This document shows positions 7,641-9,264 of a stretch of DNA of 9,264 nucleotides, piece by piece. The notes below the pieces were generated by a model, which searched no databases, was not told the origin of the DNA, and saw only the letters and a list, made by a program, of their open reading frames with translations. The translations under genes and the position numbers were made by a program. Each line of letters starts with the position of its first letter. Within the stretch, counting starts at the first letter, position 1. Source of the stretch: a virus (lineage: Duplodnaviria > Heunggongvirae > Uroviricota > Caudoviricetes); the IMG/VR virus record IMGVR_UViG_2548876863_000017, one strand, 5' to 3'.

Positions 7641-7761
7641 TTCATTGCTCCAGACGAATGATATGATGCAACCATGATGTGATTGCATACCGAAATGGTA
7701 CTATTGAGTATTTATCCAGTAGGTTACGATGCCATTCCACCCAACTGGTGAGGCATCAAGG
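7641..7761. promoter_or_regulatory. Divergent regulatory region between the tailspike and mnt-like genes; candidate promoters and operator
   Basis: 121-bp AT-rich spacer between divergent start codons. Inverted repeat ATGCAA (7666-7671) / TTGCAT (7683-7688) with an 11-bp spacer. Repeated ATGAT(G) motifs at 7658-7667 and 7674-7679. A CACC-N5-GGTG dyad at 7738-7750 loosely resembles the CCAC/GTGG half-sites of the P22 mnt operator as I recall it. No promoter hexamers could be assigned confidently. Confidence 0.4.
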
Positions 7762-8028
7762 ATGTACAGCAAATACGACGAGGCGCAGTTTCACTTGAGA
7801 CTTCCGCATGAACTCCACGCGAAAATTAAGCAGCGTGCGAAGATGAATAACAGATCGCTGAACTCAGAGATAATTGCAGCGATTGAAGAATCATTGGATA
7901 AACAAAGCTCTGCATCAGTTTACATTGACGATGCAGAGCGTATGGCAGAACAACAATCTGATATGGTTAAGAAAATTGTCTTTGATACGCTTAAGACCAT
8001 GTATAGCAATAATAAAAAGGAAACATAG
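7762..8028 (+). CDS. mnt: Mnt-like ribbon-helix-helix (Arc/MetJ superfamily) repressor
   Basis: 88-aa product MYSKYDEAQFHLRLPHELHAKIKQRAKMNNRSLNSEIIAAIEESL...DDAERMAEQQSDMVKKIVFDTLKTMY. It aligns by eye with P22 Mnt as I remember it, both in the N-terminal RHH DNA-binding part (FNFRMPMEVREKLKFRAEANGRSMNSELLQIVQDAL) and the C-terminal tetramerisation helix (NDAERLADEQSELVKKMVFDTLKDLY). GAGG SD at 7750-7753, 8 nt upstream of ATG 7762. The track ORF starts at ATG 7729, 11 codons upstream; I prefer 7762 from the homology. Confidence 0.82.
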   Translation: MYSKYDEAQFHLRLPHELHAKIKQRAKMNNRSLNSEIIAAIEESLDKQSSASVYIDDAERMAEQQSDMVKKIVFDTLKTMYSNNKKET

Positions 8029-8098
8029 AAATCTAGTTTCCGGCTAAAATGGCATTACCTTCATGATATCCTGTGAAAAACTAAGGAGAGTTAACCAT

Positions 8099-8584
8099 AT
8101 GAAAAAATCACTGTTAATTATCCCGCTTCTGCTGGTTGGATGCGCAAAAGTAAGTGACTATCAAGCAAGTTGCGAACAACGCTATCAAAAGCTTAGCGAT
8201 ATGGCTAATTGCCTTGATGCCAGTGTGAAGAACGACTCACGCATGGCATCAGCACCAACACCTAAGCTGTATGTCCTTGCTGCAAAGATGCTCGGGCAAG
8301 GTGTCGATGAAGGCAAGATAAGTGACGCACAGGCAAGACTTGAGCTTCAGAATCTTTATGTTCAATTACAAAGCCAAGAACAAGCCCAACAAATAGCACA
8401 AAGCCAAGCATTCCAGCAGGCTTTATTGAATTATCAGGCTGTAAACACAATGCAAGCGATCGAGCAAAAAGCGCGCCAGCCTGTTATAACTCAACCTTAC
8501 CCAACACGCGTTGACACATATACAAACTGCAATTCAGGATTTGGAAACACGGTAACATGCAACAGTAGCAGTAATATCAGGTAG
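8099..8584 (+). CDS. Predicted outer-membrane lipoprotein of unknown function, Gln-rich; moron in the slot where P22 carries sieA; candidate superinfection-exclusion or lysogenic-conversion gene
   Basis: Strong SD AAGGAG (8083-8088), then ATG 8099. The product starts MKKSLLIIPLLLVGCAK: a type II signal peptide with lipobox LVGC, and Ala at +2 after the lipidated Cys, which predicts outer-membrane sorting. The mature part has a Gln/Ala-rich probable helical segment (LQSQEQAQQIAQSQAFQQALLNYQ) and a Cys-containing C-terminus. No family recognised. The track ORF (8063) is extended upstream by 12 codons. Confidence 0.75.
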   Translation: MKKSLLIIPLLLVGCAKVSDYQASCEQRYQKLSDMANCLDASVKNDSRMASAPTPKLYVLAAKMLGQGVDEGKISDAQARLELQNLYVQLQSQEQAQQIAQSQAFQQALLNYQAVNTMQAIEQKARQPVITQPYPTRVDTYTNCNSGFGNTVTCNSSSNIR

Positions 8585-8598
8585 TTATATCTTATCTT

Positions 8599-9264
8599 TT
8601 ATTGCTGTTCTGCTGTAATTTGACTTGAAAGTATAGGGCGTATCGCATTTGCAGCATTATTTAGCGCTCTTTCATAAGCTGGCGTTCCAGTTTTAGTGTT
8701 TGCCAGACGTAAGAGAGCATTCCTTGCTGCTTTGGACTCATACAAGCGCATCATTGCACCAAAACCAGCCTCAAGCCCCATTGATACGCCAAGGGTCGCA
8801 GTTGCGCCAATCGTCCTTATCCTGTTGGCTTGCGATTGCCCCGTCTGAGTTACTACATTTGCGGTGTCTGACCTTGCTGTTTGCTGTAGAACTTCATGAA
8901 GAGCATCAAGCTCTTTTATGTGCTTTCCAGAAAAAATAGTGTTGTAAATTTCACCGCCTGACTGAGATTTCAGCTTATTAACTTCAGTGATGAACTTGGC
9001 TGGAGAGTCCCCGGCCTTTTCCGCTATTTTGCTGACGTAAGCTGCACGCATAGCATCTTTCCCCTTATCATCCAGTGCGCTCCAGATTCGTTTCACGTCA
9101 GATGGTTTTCTGCTTAATACAACGGTATTTATAAGTTCAGGACTGGCTTCACTGCTTGCCTTGTTGAGCTTGTTGGCAATGTTTTTATTAAGCACCTTAT
9201 TATAAACGTTGTAAGCGTACAGCGAGGGCCGTATTGACGGGGATGTGTTATTCAGCTGGCAGTG
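8599..9264 (-). CDS. 3' portion of a phage late gene (5' end beyond the right edge); possibly an ejection/injection protein (P22 gp16-like) by synteny
   Basis: I translated the - strand frame from 9264 down to the track start (GTG at 9195) and found no stop (...[33 protein letters not shown]...), so the track ORF start is an artefact of the window edge. Stop is at 8599-8601. Same orientation as the tailspike and convergent with the lipoprotein. The functional call is from position only; I do not recognise the sequence. Confidence 0.5.
   Translation of the reverse strand, partial: HCQLNNTSPSIRPSLYAYNVYNKVLNKNIANKLNKASSEASPELINTVVLSRKPSDVKRIWSALDDKGKDAMRAAYVSKIAEKAGDSPAKFITEVNKLKSQSGGEIYNTIFSGKHIKELDALHEVLQQTARSDTANVVTQTGQSQANRIRTIGATATLGVSMGLEAGFGAMMRLYESKAARNALLRLANTKTGTPAYERALNNAANAIRPILSSQITAEQQ

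Larger units (their letters stand above)
3231..9264. mobile_element. Left arm of a P22/Sf6-like (lambdoid, podovirus-type) prophage integrated at argW; extends beyond the right edge of the window
   Basis: Gene content and order downstream of the tRNA: integrase, O-antigen-modification-type acyltransferase, tailspike (P22-family N-terminal domain), Mnt-like repressor, moron lipoprotein, late gene. Composition drops sharply from roughly 50% GC in mlaA/yfdC to roughly 20-30% GC in hand-counted 60-nt samples of the acyltransferase gene. The exact attL core probably overlaps the 3' end of the tRNA and cannot be delimited without the attR copy. Confidence 0.8.

Noticed and set aside
7641-7688. 16-codon N-terminal extension of the tailspike ([16 protein letters not shown]-)
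   Set aside because: The canonical tailspike N-terminus ([10 protein letters not shown]...) starts at ATG 7640 with a GGAG SD; the extension would run through the probable promoter/operator region.
7729-7761. Longer Mnt start at ATG 7729 (MPFHPTGEASR-)
   Set aside because: Homology with the P22 Mnt N-terminus and the GAGG SD favour ATG 7762. Not fully excluded; N-terminal proteomics or ribosome profiling would settle it.
8014-8042. Hairpin GGAAAC-N11-GTTTCC overlapping the mnt stop codon; possible terminator between mnt and the lipoprotein gene
   Set aside because: 6-bp AT-rich stem with an 11-nt loop and no following U-tract, so unlikely to be an intrinsic terminator. Mnt and the lipoprotein gene may be co-transcribed.
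8262-8939. Antisense/embedded ORFs 8262..8450 (-) and 8700..8939 (+)
   Set aside because: Embedded in the lipoprotein and late-gene CDSs respectively; no start signals or recognisable products.
1-9264. CRISPR arrays, IS elements, rRNA, or a second tRNA/att copy
   Set aside because: I looked for regularly spaced direct repeats, terminal inverted repeats with a transposase, and a second copy of the tRNA 3' end, and found none. The only tRNA-like fragment is a GGTTCG motif at 3300-3315, too short to be an att duplicate.

Overview
The window crosses from E. coli-type core chromosome into a P22/Sf6-like prophage integrated at tRNA-Arg (argW). Core side (about 1-3230): the 3' part of an AT-rich yfdF-like ORF (+), a bidirectional rho-independent terminator, mlaA/vacJ (-), the FNT-family channel gene yfdC (+), and argW tRNA-Arg(CCU). 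Prophage side (about 3231 to the window end): a P4-type tyrosine integrase (IntS-like), a very AT-rich acyltransferase-3 (AT3) membrane protein that is a candidate O-antigen O-acetylase, a convergent tailspike gene with a P22-family N-terminal head-binding domain and an unrecognised C-terminal domain, an Mnt-like ribbon-helix-helix repressor with no arc/ant partner, a predicted outer-membrane lipoprotein in the slot where P22 carries sieA, and the 3' end of a late gene that runs off the right edge. The most interesting candidates are the lipoprotein (possible undescribed superinfection-exclusion gene), the orphan Mnt, and the acyltransferase/tailspike pair. All homology statements are from reading the translations and from memory; no database search was run.
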